DNA from: Chiloscyllium plagiosum
Lineage: Eukaryota
Length of the DNA: 54,455 nucleotides
Direction of reading: 5' to 3'
Assembly (NCBI RefSeq): GCF_004010195.1
Contig: NC_057719.1
Coordinates: 60,790,158 to 60,844,612 of the forward strand
Shown here one piece after another: positions 12,460-24,279 of this stretch; the first letter of the stretch is position 1, and each line of letters starts with the position of its first letter. Position numbers and translations under genes: made by a program. The notes beneath the pieces are model-generated. The model ran no database searches. It saw only the letters and a program-made list of their open reading frames with translations, and had not been told where the DNA came from.

Positions 12460-13650
12460 GATTAAACACAGAGGATAGGAGCAGGAGTATGTCGTTTGAC
12501 CCCTTGAGCCTACTCTGCCATTCAGTCTGAACATGGTTGACCATCCTTCTTGAAAATGTAATATTTTGGCCTCAAACACTTTCTGTAGCAGTGAATTCCA
12601 TATGCTCCTCACTCTTTGGGTGAAGAAATTTCTCCTGATTGCAGTTCTAAAAGTTTTACCCCTTGTCTTTAAAATATGACCTCTGTTTCTGGGCTTTCCC
12701 ACCATCAGGAACATCCTTCCTGTATCTAACCTGTCCAGTTCTATTAGAATTTCACAGGTTTGTGTCAGATCCACCTCATTCTTCCAAACTCCAGCAAATA
12801 TAATCTTAACTGACTCAATCTCTCCTCACGTATCAGTCCCACCATCTCAGGAATCAATTTTGTACTTTGTCTCAATGGCAAGAATATACTTCCTCAGATC
12901 ATGAAAGCAAAACTACACACAATGTTCCAGTCTGGCCTCACTAATGTTGTCCTCAAGAAATACAGTAATACATCCTTGTTCTTGTAATTACATCCTCTTG
13001 CTATGAAGACCAACAAATAGTTTGCTTACTTTAGTAGGTAAAAACAATGACTGCAGATGCTGGAAACCAGATTCTGGATCAGTGGTGCTGGAAGAGTACA
13101 GCAATTCAGGCAGCATCCGAGGAGCTTCGAAATCAACGTTTCGGGCAAAAGCCCTTCGTCAGGAACCACGCTTCAGGCTCTCTGCCTTTATTCCTGATGA
13201 AGGGCTTTTGCTTGCTTACTTTAGAGTCTAGTGCACTTATGCCCTTACTTTCAACTACTGCTGCAAGAGGACACCCAGGTCTCATTCAACAATCCCCTCT
13301 CTCAACTTACAACCATTCAAATATTAATCTGCCTTCCTATTTTTGTGACCAAAGTGGATAACCTCACATTTATTCTCACCATACTGCATTAGCCACGCAT
13401 TTGCTCATTTACCCAGCCTGTACAAATCAGACTGCAACATCCCTGCATCCTCCTCACTGTTCATCCTTCCCCAAGTTTGTGTCATCTGCAAATTTTGAGA
13501 TATTATATGTTGTACCCAACAATGTTGTTGTTGTTATCAACATTAACATATATTGTTGATAGCTGGGGTCCTAGTACTGATGCCTCTGGTATTCCAATAT
13601 TCATTGCCTGCCATTTATTCCAACTCTTTATTTCCTGCCTGCTAACCAAC
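12460..13650 (-). mobile_element. CR1 ORF2 3' part with tail, degraded
   Basis: RRNFFTQRVRSIWNSL, FADDT (gtgtcatctgcaaa at ~13480). Confidence 0.85.
13035..13211. mobile_element. Fold-back PLE mini-element with two opposed hammerhead motifs
   Basis: Minus CTGACGAAGGGCTTTTGCCCGAAACGTT (13135-13162), plus truncated CTGATGAAGGGCTTTTGC (13194-13211); perfect TSD ttgcttactttag (13022-13034, 13212-13224). Confidence 0.88.
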
Positions 13651-13759
13651 TTGTAATGTTAACTCTGTTTCCCTCTCTCCAGATGTGTCAGACCTACTGA
13701 GTTTCATCAGCACTTTCTGTTTTTATTCTGTGTATAAGAGTTAGTATCATATCTTTCAT

Positions 13760-14060
13760 CTGACACATACCCCAAAGTGTTGACCAGGGAAGAACTACTT
13801 GTCAATTTTGATAAAATTAAATTTGATGACAGTGCAGAAACAGCATGTATGCTTTGGGGGAAGAAGTGTTGATTGCTGTAGATTGAGTCAATCAAGCGAT
13901 TTTCAATAAACTAGGAGCAAAAATATCGCAAAGAGCCATAACACTTACCATGTCACTGACACTGCTGACTGGAATACTCAAAAAGGTTTTGTAAAACATA
14001 AAATTTTGTTCAATGTTGTAAACATCTTGTATAAATAATCCAAAATGGAATAAACGTACT
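13760..14060 (-). mobile_element. Possible ancient hAT transposase C-terminal remnant
   Basis: Across frameshifts: KTFLSIPVSSVS..RYFCS*FIENRLIDSI..SIH resembles hAT dimerisation motif IPVSS..ERSFS.L..IKNRLRS..LSIH. Confidence 0.3.
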
Positions 14061-14343
14061 ATTTAAATCAACCAGTTGCTGGAAATTTAACCGATTTACA
14101 TATTTTCAATATTTTCCATAACAAAATGTCCTTTTAAGGCAGGATCAGCAATTTCACCTTTCCACAGCCAACAGATAGATGTTTGATGAGATGTCTTGGA
14201 GTTTGTTCAACCAATGAGAAAATGTCCCTCCTTGCTATTCTTTGTAGACTTTTCAGGTTCATACATAATTTGAGATGTGTCTTTGGCTTTTCTTGCTTTC
14301 CTAGTAGAGACTTGGCATGATATAACAGAACGCTATATTCAAC

Positions 14344-14468
14344 TTAGATTAGATTCCCTACAGTGTGGGAACAGGCTCTTCAGCCCAACAAGTCCACACC
14401 AACCCTACAAAGAGCAACCCACCCAGACCCATTCCCCTACATTTACCCCTGAATAATGGACCTAACTT
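14344..14468 (-). mobile_element. HE1-type SINE 3' fragment
   Basis: Reverse complement of 8255-8363. Confidence 0.85.
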
Positions 14469-15079
14469 TTTGACTGATTGAAATTTTACTGAAATAGAAG
14501 ACTCAAAAATAGAACAAGACTTACTTACTAGTATCATTGATGATTCATATTTTACAGGGCTTTGGATAACGTGAAATTTGGATAGTCAAAGATGAACTAC
14601 AGACATATAAATCTTTCTAATTATTTTCATTACATACACAGATTCTCTACAGCTTATCTGCTGATCAGTTGTTGCTTGGTGTTTTACTTGCAAATTTACT
14701 AGCAGTAGCCAGTTTCACAGAACGAGTGAGGTTTAATATCACTCTGACACTTCTGACACTGCAAAAGTGGCACTTCTGACAATGCAATACTTCTTCAATA
14801 ACATGCTAAAATATGAATTTGAATTATGTATTTGTATCTACAATGATCTAAAACAAAGTCAAGAGCATTACTACTTTGCTAAGGCTGACACTCGAAGTAA
14901 TCAAATAAGTGAATAACACTTGAGACAATCTCATTAATATCTCTCTATCTGGAGCACAGTTTATGTGCTTTAAATATAAGAAATCAAATGAAACCTTTTT
15001 TCCAGTTTTAACACAGAATAAAATATCAATAGCAACACTTTCCTGAATGAATGTAGCTCCAGCAGCATTCAAGAAGCAT

Positions 15080-15345
15080 GGGACCACCCAGGAAAAAGCA
15101 ACTCACTTATTTGGCATCACATCTACAAACATTCACTCTCTCCAGTATCAATGCTCAGTAGCAGCAGTGTGCACCATTTACAAGATGCGCTGAAAATTCA
15201 CCATAGTTCTTTAGGCAGCACTTTCAAAACCCACAACAATTACCACCTAGAAGGGCAAGGGCAGTAGATGTTGGGAAACAATGCCACTTGCAAGTTCCCC
15301 TCCAAGTTACTCACCATTCTGACATGGAAATATATCATCAACCTG
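15080..15345 (+). mobile_element. 3' fragment of second CR1-clade LINE
   Basis: Reverse complement homology to 40690-40960. Confidence 0.7.
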
Positions 15346-15975
15346 CCAACCCATAGGAACTGTTCCAGAGTCTAACGAATTCTGAAAAATGACCACCAAT
15401 GCAATTCTGAAAGGAGCTGTATAAAAACATTTTTTTTCTTCATTTCCAAGATTTTTATATCTGGGTGCAACATTCTTCCAGTCAAGAACCTTGAAAAAAC
15501 CCAGAATTTTTAAAATGTGGTTAGTTTTCTTCGAAATGTAAATGAGAAGTTTAACACTTTTAAGACCCCTCACTGAAATTGGCAACGGCGAGCATTTGTC
15601 CAGTCATTCTTTAATTTTGAGCTGTCGCTTCTGTTACCATTCTGCAAATTTGAATACTTAGCACTCAATTTGAAGATCCAAGTCTCTTAAGTAAATTAGA
15701 AACAATAAGGGTTTCTGTATAGGGCTATGTAGCATTCACATCCACAAGCAGGTTATTTTTGATGAGCTCAAGTTTACAGAGAATGAAATATTGAAAGCAT
15801 ACTGGATGTGTATTGGAATACTCACGTCTGTATGTAACAAGGGCAGTTTCAACAACAGCTGAACCAATGTACAGATGCATTTGGGTGATGTTTTGGAAAT
15901 GGAAACAGATGGCTTTAGTTGTGATATTTCTCTGAAGTTCATCCTGGAGTCAAACACAAATTATATTTGGGTATA

Positions 15976-16230
15976 GGAGCAATTTACTGCAGATGCTAGA
16001 ATCTATACTGAAAACAAAAAATGCTGGAAATCAACGGGCCAACCAGCATCTGTGGAGAGACAGCAAGCTAATGTTTTGAGACTCGATGACACTATATCCG
16101 AGCTGGAAAACTAAAAATGTTGGAAATCACAGCCAGTCAAACTGTCTTCAAAGAGTCATCTAAACGTTAGCTTGATCTCTCTCCATGGATGCTGCCTGAC
16201 CCACTGTGATTTCAAGCATTTTTGGTTTTC
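15976..16230. mobile_element. Fold-back PLE-like mini-element, decayed hammerheads
   Basis: 16009-16075 is inverted at 16163-16231; TSD atatttgggtata (15963-15975) / atatttgggcata (16231-16243). Confidence 0.7.
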
Positions 16231-16389
16231 ATATTTGGGCATATCACAGTCCACTTAAATTCTTACTTCTTCAAAGAATTCAAAGAGGTTTTTCAGGCAG
16301 GATCTTCCCGATCTAAGTTCACGATGGTAGGTGAAAAACTCAGCTACTTGGTGCTCAGACAAACCTCAAACACAATTGATTCCTAACTA

Positions 16390-16542
16390 TAGGATCATAG
16401 AATCTCGACAGTGTGGAAATAAGCCCTTCGGCATTGACCCTTTGAAGAGTATCCCATCCAAACCCATTTCCCTACCCGTTATTCTACTTTTACTTCTGAC
16501 TAATTTACCTAAGCTACACATTCTTGAACACTATGGGCAATT
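16390..16542 (-). mobile_element. HE1-type SINE 3' fragment
   Basis: Homology to 14344-14468 and 34280-34410. Confidence 0.75.
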
Positions 16543-16582
16543 TTTCTCCTCTTTTGTCTTTTTTTTCTTCTTCTCAGCCTCT

Positions 16583-16806
16583 AATCTCGTGGCCTATGAC
16601 TTCACAACCTATGACCTTGCTGCCTCTGAGCTTGCAGCATCTGATCTCCTGGACTTCAATCTCCTGTCCTCAAAATTTCCAATCACCGATCTTGTGGCCT
16701 CCAACCACCTGGCCTCAGAATTCCCGATCTCCGACCTGTAGCCTCAGAATTCCTGGCCTCGGACCTTGCAGACTCCAACTTCCTGGCCTCGGAACTTCCA
16801 GCCTCA
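16583..16806. repeat. Degenerate 15-bp minisatellite (~15 units)
   Basis: Units gaccttgctgcctct, gagcttgcagcatct, gatcttgtggcctcc, gaattcctggcctcg, aacttcctggcctcg. Confidence 0.8.
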
Positions 16807-16929
16807 GTGCAGATCATCGAGGTGTCCTCTCAGCCTAGCATTAACAGTCGGACATGACAGCCTCCAGGCCTGACAAGGTATCCTCCTTGCCAGGATGGCA
16901 GTCTGTCTTCTTGAGTCGAGTCTTCTCGA

Positions 16930-17035
16930 TCCAGCGTAGTGGTCTCCAGGCCCGGTGTGGAGTCCCCTCAGCCTGGCGTAGTGGTCCTTCAGCCCAGCGA
17001 GGAATCCTCTCAACCTGGTGTGGCGATCTCCCAGC
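16930..17035. repeat. Degenerate 21/42-bp tandem repeat
   Basis: ccagcgtagtggtctccaggc ccggtgtggagtcccctcagc ctggcgtagtggtccttcagc ccagcgaggaatcctctcaac ctggtgtggcgatctcccagc. Confidence 0.75.
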
Positions 17036-17334
17036 AGCCCAAGGGTGAAGCCTGGCATGGTCTGGAATCAAGGTCCGGTGCTGACTGGAGGCTAGGTGCC
17101 AGTATAGACAGGATTGCAAAGACTGGTGTTCTGAACATTTTTTTTTCTCCATTTTATAATTTATTCCTAAAATCTGAAATGCTAGACTTTTTAACTTCTC
17201 TATTTTTCTCAGAACTGAAGATGATATACCTAGGCACCTTTGTACCCGATGGTGCCAAAAGTAGAAATTTGTACACTTTTCACTGTATTCATTGGAACAC
17301 ATGTGACAATAAATCTAATTCTCATTCTATTACA

Positions 17335-17530
17335 GCCTGTGTGGTAAAGGCACTCTGTTGTTAAACGGGGAGTTCCAGGATCTTGATCCAATGATTATGA
17401 GGGAATATTTTAAAGTCACAATGATATGTAACTTGGAGGGAATTTGCACGTGACGGTGTTTCCATGCAATTTCTGTACTTCAATTACAAGATGGTAGAAG
17501 TAAAAGATTTGGGAGGATTGTCTAATAAGA
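17335..17530 (-). mobile_element. 3' fragment of second CR1-clade LINE, old
   Basis: Similar to 40610-40800 (gggagttccaggatcttgatcc...ttggagggaatttgca). Confidence 0.6.
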
Positions 17531-17831
17531 CTTTAAAGTAAAACAAGATGAAAAATTGTCCATATTTTCTTTTGCCATACTCATTTAATATGTAAATTGC
17601 TTTAATGTATTTGGCATGTTACTGGCAACTCCCAGTCTGTACTGACTTTATCATGCTGATTGTCAGCTATTCACAAATATCCTACCTAGTCTCTTTTAGC
17701 TCTTTGGGATTTCTACTATCAACTGCAGGTATTTATTTATTATTTACTTTAAGCCCATATAGCCTGTCTTGAGCTTCCAGTCCAGTTATAAAAGTCATTG
17801 ATTTATCTAAGATAACTTTGTTTATGGAATG

Positions 17832-18384
17832 GATTTGGAGATGCCAGTGTTGGACTGGGGTGTACAAAGTTAAAAATCACGCAACACTAGGTTATAGTCC
17901 AACAGGTTTAATTGGAAGCATTAGCGTTCGGACTGCCGCTCCTTCATCAGGTGGTTGTGGAGGACACAACTGCATGAATCCATGTAAAATTCTATTAACT
18001 CACTTTTTAGATTAGAATCAGTCTAAACGTTAAGGCACAGACAGGGAACACAGGGGGGGCTAACACCTTCAACATATAATCTGGCTGACACCAATTGTTA
18101 CAGTTAACCTGAGAATATAACTTTTAAAAAAACGTTTTGTGATTTACATATGAAAGAAGTGAAACTATCATGGTATTCCAACAGATGAAAGACTCAACAA
18201 GCAATCAAGGTATTTTTCAATGTATAATTTCAGTTACATCACACTGTAAACTTTTGCTATAAATTCTGCGTCTTACTATTGTGTCCTCCATAACCATCTG
18301 ATGTATGAGCGGCACTCCGAAAGCTAGTGCTTCCAATTAAGCCTGTTAGACTATAACCTGGTGTTGTGTGATTTTTAACTTTGT
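17832..18384. mobile_element. Fold-back PLE-derived element with ~110 bp inverted termini, each containing a hammerhead motif
   Basis: 17863-17970 inverted at 18279-18384; hammerhead-like 17922-17950 (-) and 18298-18326 (+); 19-bp direct repeat taactttgtttatggaatg at 17813-17831 and 18376-18394. Confidence 0.82.
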
Positions 18385-18526
18385 TTATGGAATGCATTTT
18401 CCACATACCTTCTCTATTAAAGAAATGAGAAATATTTATTTGACATACTTATGATTTTGTATTCATTCTGCAGTTCCTAATCAATTTGCTTATTTTATAG
18501 TTTCACCTCTTCTCTGACGATTCACT

Positions 18527-19050
18527 TAGAGTCATAGAGTTATACAGCATGGAAACAGCCTCTTAAGTCCAACTTGTCCATGCTGACCAGGTATCCTAAA
18601 TTAATCCAGTCCCATTTGCCAGCATTTCGTTCATATCCCACTAAACCTTTCTTATTCATATACCCATTCAGATCCTTTTTAAATGTTGTTATTGTACCAG
18701 CCTCCACTACTTCCACAAGCAGCTCATTTTGTTTATGCAGTATCCTCTGCATGAAAAGTTGCCGCTTAGGTGTCTTTTAAATCTTACCTCTCTCACCTTA
18801 CACCTATGTTTTCTAGTTTTGACTCCCTATCCTGAGGAAAAGACCTCGATGATTGACCATATCTATGCCTCTCATCATTTTGTAAACCTTGATAAGTTTA
18901 CCCCTCAGCCTTCAATGCTCCAGGGAAAGTAGCCCCATCATATTCAGCGTCTCCCTATATCTTAAGTCCTCCAACCCTGGCAACTTCCTTGTAAATCTAT
19001 TCTGAACCCTTTCAAGTTTCACAAAATCCTTCCTAGAGCAGGGGAACTGA
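18527..19050 (-). mobile_element. CR1 3' end
   Basis: tagagtcatagag tail; VVEAGTITTFKKDLNGYMN. Confidence 0.9.
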
Positions 19051-19069
19051 AATTTCCTTTAATTGGTAT

Positions 19070-19702
19070 TTAGTGATTGCAATAGGTCAGCCAAGTGGAT
19101 TATGAGCTTTCTGATTGGGGCTGTTAAGCCGATTCAATCAGGGATCCCTAGCTGACAGATAGAAACAAAACTGCCCTTTGATGAGAAGGGCACTGCTTGT
19201 CACTGGCCACTCAGGTGTTTCCTCTCTTCCTGGTGGTGGAATATAAATAAAGATTTACACACTTGTTGTTTTTCACTGTGTCCGATACCTGCACACGCAT
19301 GACATAAAAGAAGGAAAAAGAAAAGAAAAAAATAGAAAAAAATAAGAAAACAAAACAAGAGTGGCAACATTGCGCTTTGATGAAAAGGACACTGCTTGTC
19401 ACTGGTCACTCAGGTGTGTCCTTTCTTCCTGGTGGTGGAATATGAATAAAGATTTATGCATTAATTTGTTATTCACTGTGTCCTATACTTGCACAAACAC
19501 AGCATGGGTGCTGGGGGTAAAATAAGCACTATCGGTGTTAGGCACTAGTATGGAATAATAAGAAAAAAAAAGAAATAAGAGTGTCAGAGGTTCTGTTCAC
19601 TCTGCAAGTAGGCTCTGAGGGAGCTGGATCAGTGTCAAGGACTCTCCACATGTAAATAAATGGTGCTTGGTGATAGGAAACCAGCCTTTGTGGAATTATT
19701 TG
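19070..19702 (+). mobile_element. Solo LTR interrupted by an insertion at ~19171-19572
   Basis: 19070-19170 plus 19573-19702 align with the LTR at 21800-22018. Confidence 0.7.
19171..19572 (+). repeat. Unclassified retroposon 3' end, tandemly duplicated (~19176-19298 and ~19375-19497), A-rich tails
   Basis: ctttgatga.aagg.cactgcttgtcactgg.cactcaggtg...cttcctggtggtggaatat.aataaagattta occurs twice, each followed by A-rich tract. Confidence 0.7.
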
Positions 19703-20149
19703 AAGTTTATTTTATAGTGTTGCACGTTTTAGTTTGCAAATTATCTAAAAACTTCCTTGGTGCCAAGTTGTCCAAATTATTTGCAAATAGAAATTATTTT
19801 TTTCTGTTTTTATATGAAGAAGACTGTAGTGCTGAGCTTTTTAACTTATTTCTTTATTTTTCTACTTCCATAACTAAGATTTTGCACCATGGTAAATTTG
19901 TACTTCAGTTGGCATGATCTTTTCACTGTTCCCTTCTATCCAGTACTTGAGCACATGTGCCAATAAAATGTAAACTTTAAAATAAATTTAAATCTTAACA
20001 GTTTTTGCATAATAGAAGATGAATGCTGGACTAGTTCTAGAGTGAACTCAAAAACATTTTTTACACAATCTGGAACTCTTTCACCCAAAATGCTGTGGAT
20101 GCTAACAGAAATTGAGATTGCTAGACAGGTCTTGAAAAGGATGAAAAAA

Positions 20150-20284
20150 AAGAAACAAGAGTGTCAGAGGTTCCGTTCACTCTGCAAGTAGGCTCTGAGG
20201 AAGCTGGACCAGTGTCAAGTACTATGCACATGTAAACAACTGGTGACTTGTTTACAGGATACCAATCTCTGTGGAGTTATTTCA
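20150..20284 (+). mobile_element. LTR 3' half
   Basis: Matches 19573-19702; ends gagttatttca. Confidence 0.7.
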
Positions 20285-20544
20285 GATATGCTAAGCATTG
20301 TCGCTTATTCTACCCCAGGTTTCTATCTGTCCTTCTAATCACACTTCTCGTGTCTCAGTGAGCTCCACTATCCTTCCTGCTTTATATCACATAATTTGCT
20401 AATCATTTTGTGTCATGTCTTCAATGTCAGGTTGTTGAGTTTGGTCATTTTAAAATTCTGCATAATCCACTTAGTTTCTTCGTTCTTCCTTTGAACAGCT
20501 TCACCAATGTTTCTGCCATGGTTTTTCCCTTATCTCATATTATT

Positions 20545-20866
20545 GAATTCCTACAACGTGCATGCAGGCCATTTGGCCCATTGAGTTCACACCGACCGTC
20601 TAAAGAGCTTCCAACATTGACTCACCCCATCCCTGGAACCCTGCATTGTCTATGGCTAACCCACCTAGCCTGCACATCCTAGACATGATGGGCAATTTAG
20701 CATGGGCCATTCCACCTAACCCGCGCATCTTTGAAGTGAGGGAGGAAACCGACACACACATGGGGAGAACATGCAAACTCCACACAGTCACACAAGGCCG
20801 GAATTGAATCCAGGTCTCTGGTGTTGTGAGGCAGCAATGCTAACCACTGAGCCATTGTGCCACCCC
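20545..20866 (-). mobile_element. HE1-type SINE, near full length
   Basis: Reverse complement of 8052-8363 with A/B boxes at ~20800-20862. Confidence 0.88.
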
Positions 20867-21036
20867 AATGAATTTAGCCCTGCCAAAAAGTTATATTCTT
20901 GGCTCCTGATAATATCAGCTTTCTTTGAAACTCATAGGTTATGTTAAACTCTATCACTTATGTGGGTATTGTTTCCCAAAGGTACTATGATTGCCGTATT
21001 GTGTACATCCATTTAAGATGAGCTTTAATACAAAGT

Positions 21037-21152
21037 AGGTGAAAGTGGTTACTGCAGATGATGGAGATTAGAGTCTAGATTAGAGTGGTGCTGGAAAAGC
21101 ACAGCAGGTCAGGCAGCAACAGAGGAGCAGGAAAATTGACGTTTCGAGCATA
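21037..21152 (-). mobile_element. Short PLE terminal fragment, truncated within hammerhead stem II
   Basis: Near-identical to 5970-6065. Confidence 0.8.
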
Positions 21153-21799
21153 GTTTTACTTCTTTTGTAAGATTATTTTAAAAACATTTAAGGCACCATT
21201 GTAATTTTAAAAATTATTGTATATATAAATTACTATTGAAAAGTTTGGACTTCACATCAATAATCAATAACTCCTACATAGCCATTTTTGAAAATTTAGA
21301 AGTTATTAATGGAAAAGAACTTTCTAAATAAGAGTAAATGGCAAAAAAAAACAACTGTCAGCATCTCCTAATTGTTTGCCAGTAATTGATTTTTCAAAAC
21401 ATTACCTTGTGGTATGTTTGCAGATTCCTGTATGGTTTCTTGTAAAATTGTTTAGTTTACATTACAATGGGGAGCTAGATGTTAGTTTAATTATGCCCTA
21501 CACATGCTAGAAATAAGGGCTTTCTGTCAGGATACAGTAAACAGAAATGGTAGATTGCCTCTGAGTAAAAAAAGCAACTCCCTTGCTATTTTGTACAGAC
21601 TTGTTTGAAGTTATTCCTGTAATCGACTTCTAGCCGTACATTGACAGAGTAACACACTTTCTTAATGATGAATGCTTTTGACTTGTACTGAGCTATTTTG
21701 ATATCAGTGTAACCTCTGTAACCTCATCGCTAGCATATAGCTCTACAATTATTATCAAGCCAGAGAATCAATGCTTGTTCAATGAAGAGTGCATGACAG

Positions 21800-22018
21800 T
21801 GTAGTGATTGAAACAAGGTCAGCCAAGTGGACCTATAGAATATGAGTTCCCTGACTGGGGCTGTTAACCTGGCCCAACCACGATGCCTTGGCTGACAGTT
21901 ATAAACAGGAGCATCCGAGATTCTGTTCATTGTGAGAGCTGGCTTTTAGGAAGCCAGACCAGTGTCAAGTACTATGCATAGGTAAATAAAGGGCGACTTG
22001 GTGATGGGAGTCATTTCA
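21800..22018 (+). mobile_element. Solo LTR (probably Gypsy)
   Basis: TG...CA termini, TATAAA at ~21900, AATAAA at ~21985, flanks gacag/gtcag (5 bp, 1 mismatch); two related copies nearby. Confidence 0.72.
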
Positions 22019-24279
22019 GTCAGCACTTTCTACACAGAGGCAGATGTTTTTCCCCATATTGCCTTTGGATGTTACAACCCACCTGATAAAGTACACTGAT
22101 TCTCGAGCCCCACTACACCTATGGCTGCCACAAATGGCCATTGGTCTAATCAAATCACAAATTCCCTGAATCATCTCAAATTAACATAAACCACTGACCA
22201 GGTTCCTGTATATAACTACCACTGTTTATTACAATAACTTATTTCTTATCGCAAGTAAACAACTATGAGTTATCAACATAAGACTCAACTGGTTGAAACT
22301 CTAATACATATACAGACAGGTGTACAAAGTAATTGGTTTTATGAGTTGAGGGAATTTTTAAAAAGTCACAGTTCAATAAAGCTCACTAAGATTATCCTTT
22401 TTGCTTGCCAGGACTTCCTGTTTTTGTTTTCCTTCCTCTGGGATTTTTTCACTTGTTTGCAAGAGGCACAGAGTGATTTTAGGTATTTTCTATTCAACTA
22501 TTCAGAGATGTTATGGCACAACTCTAGAGGGGGTGGGACTTGAACCCAGGGCTCCTGGATCATGCTACTATTCTGCCAAAATAGTCCCCACAGTACGATT
22601 GTGTACTAAATATAAAGTGTGTTGAATATTGGGATCTCTTAAAATCTGAATTTTCCTAGTATTTACTATGTAGCATGAGAATTAATTTAACACATATTAC
22701 AACAGTACCTAATTTTACAAAATTGTAGCATATGAAAACAAAGGAAGGAATTACAAAAAACAGACGTCACAACACCCACTGACTTAACATTAACGACCTA
22801 TCTGGTACCAAAGGCACCCTACTATCAAGGTGTTGTTTTTGAAAATAGTAAGTATTTGTTCTTGGAAAGAATGCTAAACTAATCCTTTGATGAAGATTGG
22901 TAAAGGAACAACAATGATTGGATATCATGAGTTGCTTCTCCATGGCTATTGGCTGAAGGTTTCAGACAATTGATTGACACATAAGTTACCTGCCCTAGAA
23001 ATATGATGTAACAATAAGTGCTCAGGGACAGAGGGGAGTTCCCACTGAGGGAAGTTCTTATCAAATAGACCTTTAGGCAGTGGTACTCATTGGGTGGTCC
23101 CAAGACAGAAGTCTTTATTGAGCAGTCTTCAGCAGGCAGATGGAAGACAGACCAAGAGACGAGAAGGAAAACTGAGGGAAATATTCCCTAATATCTCAGC
23201 TAGAGAGCAGGATGCCACCCCCAATCACTTTAATCAGACCAAAATATTCTGTACTGGTAGCATGTTTTTAAAAGAAGTTTCAAAAGGAACAACTAAGTTA
23301 GAAATTGTCCAAAATAAGTGAGTGAATGCTGCCCATTTGTATGCTTTAAAGTTACATATGGAAAATAAAAAGTGGCTGAGATTGGTAAATGATTGTCAAC
23401 AGGAATGCAAATTTATCCACTGTACCTAATCCAAGAAAAGGCTGTGAGTAGACCCAGCTTTGCAACTGGACAAACTGGTTATTGACAGTGAAACCATGGT
23501 GAAATGGACTTCTTCCCTGTCATAGTCAAAATCAAAAAAATCTGTGAAACAAAAACCTGGGATGTACATTTAACGACAAGGCAGGTAACCTTGGGAATGT
23601 AGTTGAGAGTTCTCCCCACCTTTTCCACACCTATGCAGCGAGGCAAACTTGGTGTGCAATGTCACCCAAGAGTTGGAAGGTGTGGTGAAGGAGTAGGGCC
23701 CTTAGCCACAGTTCAGGAAGAGATCAACAGTCCTCACTGTGAGTGTGTCCACCTAAAATCAACAAAATCACTTAGCAACTTTTGCCGGTCAAAGCTCACT
23801 CTGCATACATACCCCATTGCTGTGCCTTCTCCAAACAACTCCCGCCATTGTTTAAACAAAGCAGAAGTGTAAATACCGAATACAATATGTTTCAGAAAGT
23901 TGTTTTTTTCAGCAGGGCAGCCATTTCTTCCACATTCTTTGATTTTCACACAGTCATTTTCTTTTCCATTTTCCACAATCAACAACTTATGATGTAAAAG
24001 GATATGTCTTTACAAGGATTACTTGAATGCAGTAAAGAGGCAGATCAGATAGGGAAGACATCATTTAAATAGTCAAAATTTTAGGTGGATTTCGTTATGA
24101 CTACATGGTCCATTCCAACATTCCACACCCACCCATCCCATGGACACATACAAAAATCTTTGATTTTTTTTCTTCATCCATGTGACCTTTTATGACCAAG
24201 CATAAGAAGAAAAACATTTGCCATTGACTGTCCAGGACTACATTACATGAAAGTGAGATTCAAATTGTAATTTAGGAAT

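Noticed and set aside
16331..16741. 136-aa ORF with pentapeptide-like repeats as a host gene
   Set aside because: Runs through a SINE fragment and a minisatellite, GTG start, no splice support
16583..17035. CRISPR-like array
   Set aside because: Contiguous degenerate units without unique spacers, no cas genes, eukaryotic context
17832..18384. DNA-transposon MITE or miRNA hairpin
   Set aside because: Inverted repeats are asymmetric, contain hammerhead cores, and flanking duplication is long; fits PLE origin better
23590..23985. Two-exon mini-gene on minus strand (Kozak-like ATG, 60-nt intron)
   Set aside because: Would give only 28 aa, intron unusually short, no recognisable homology
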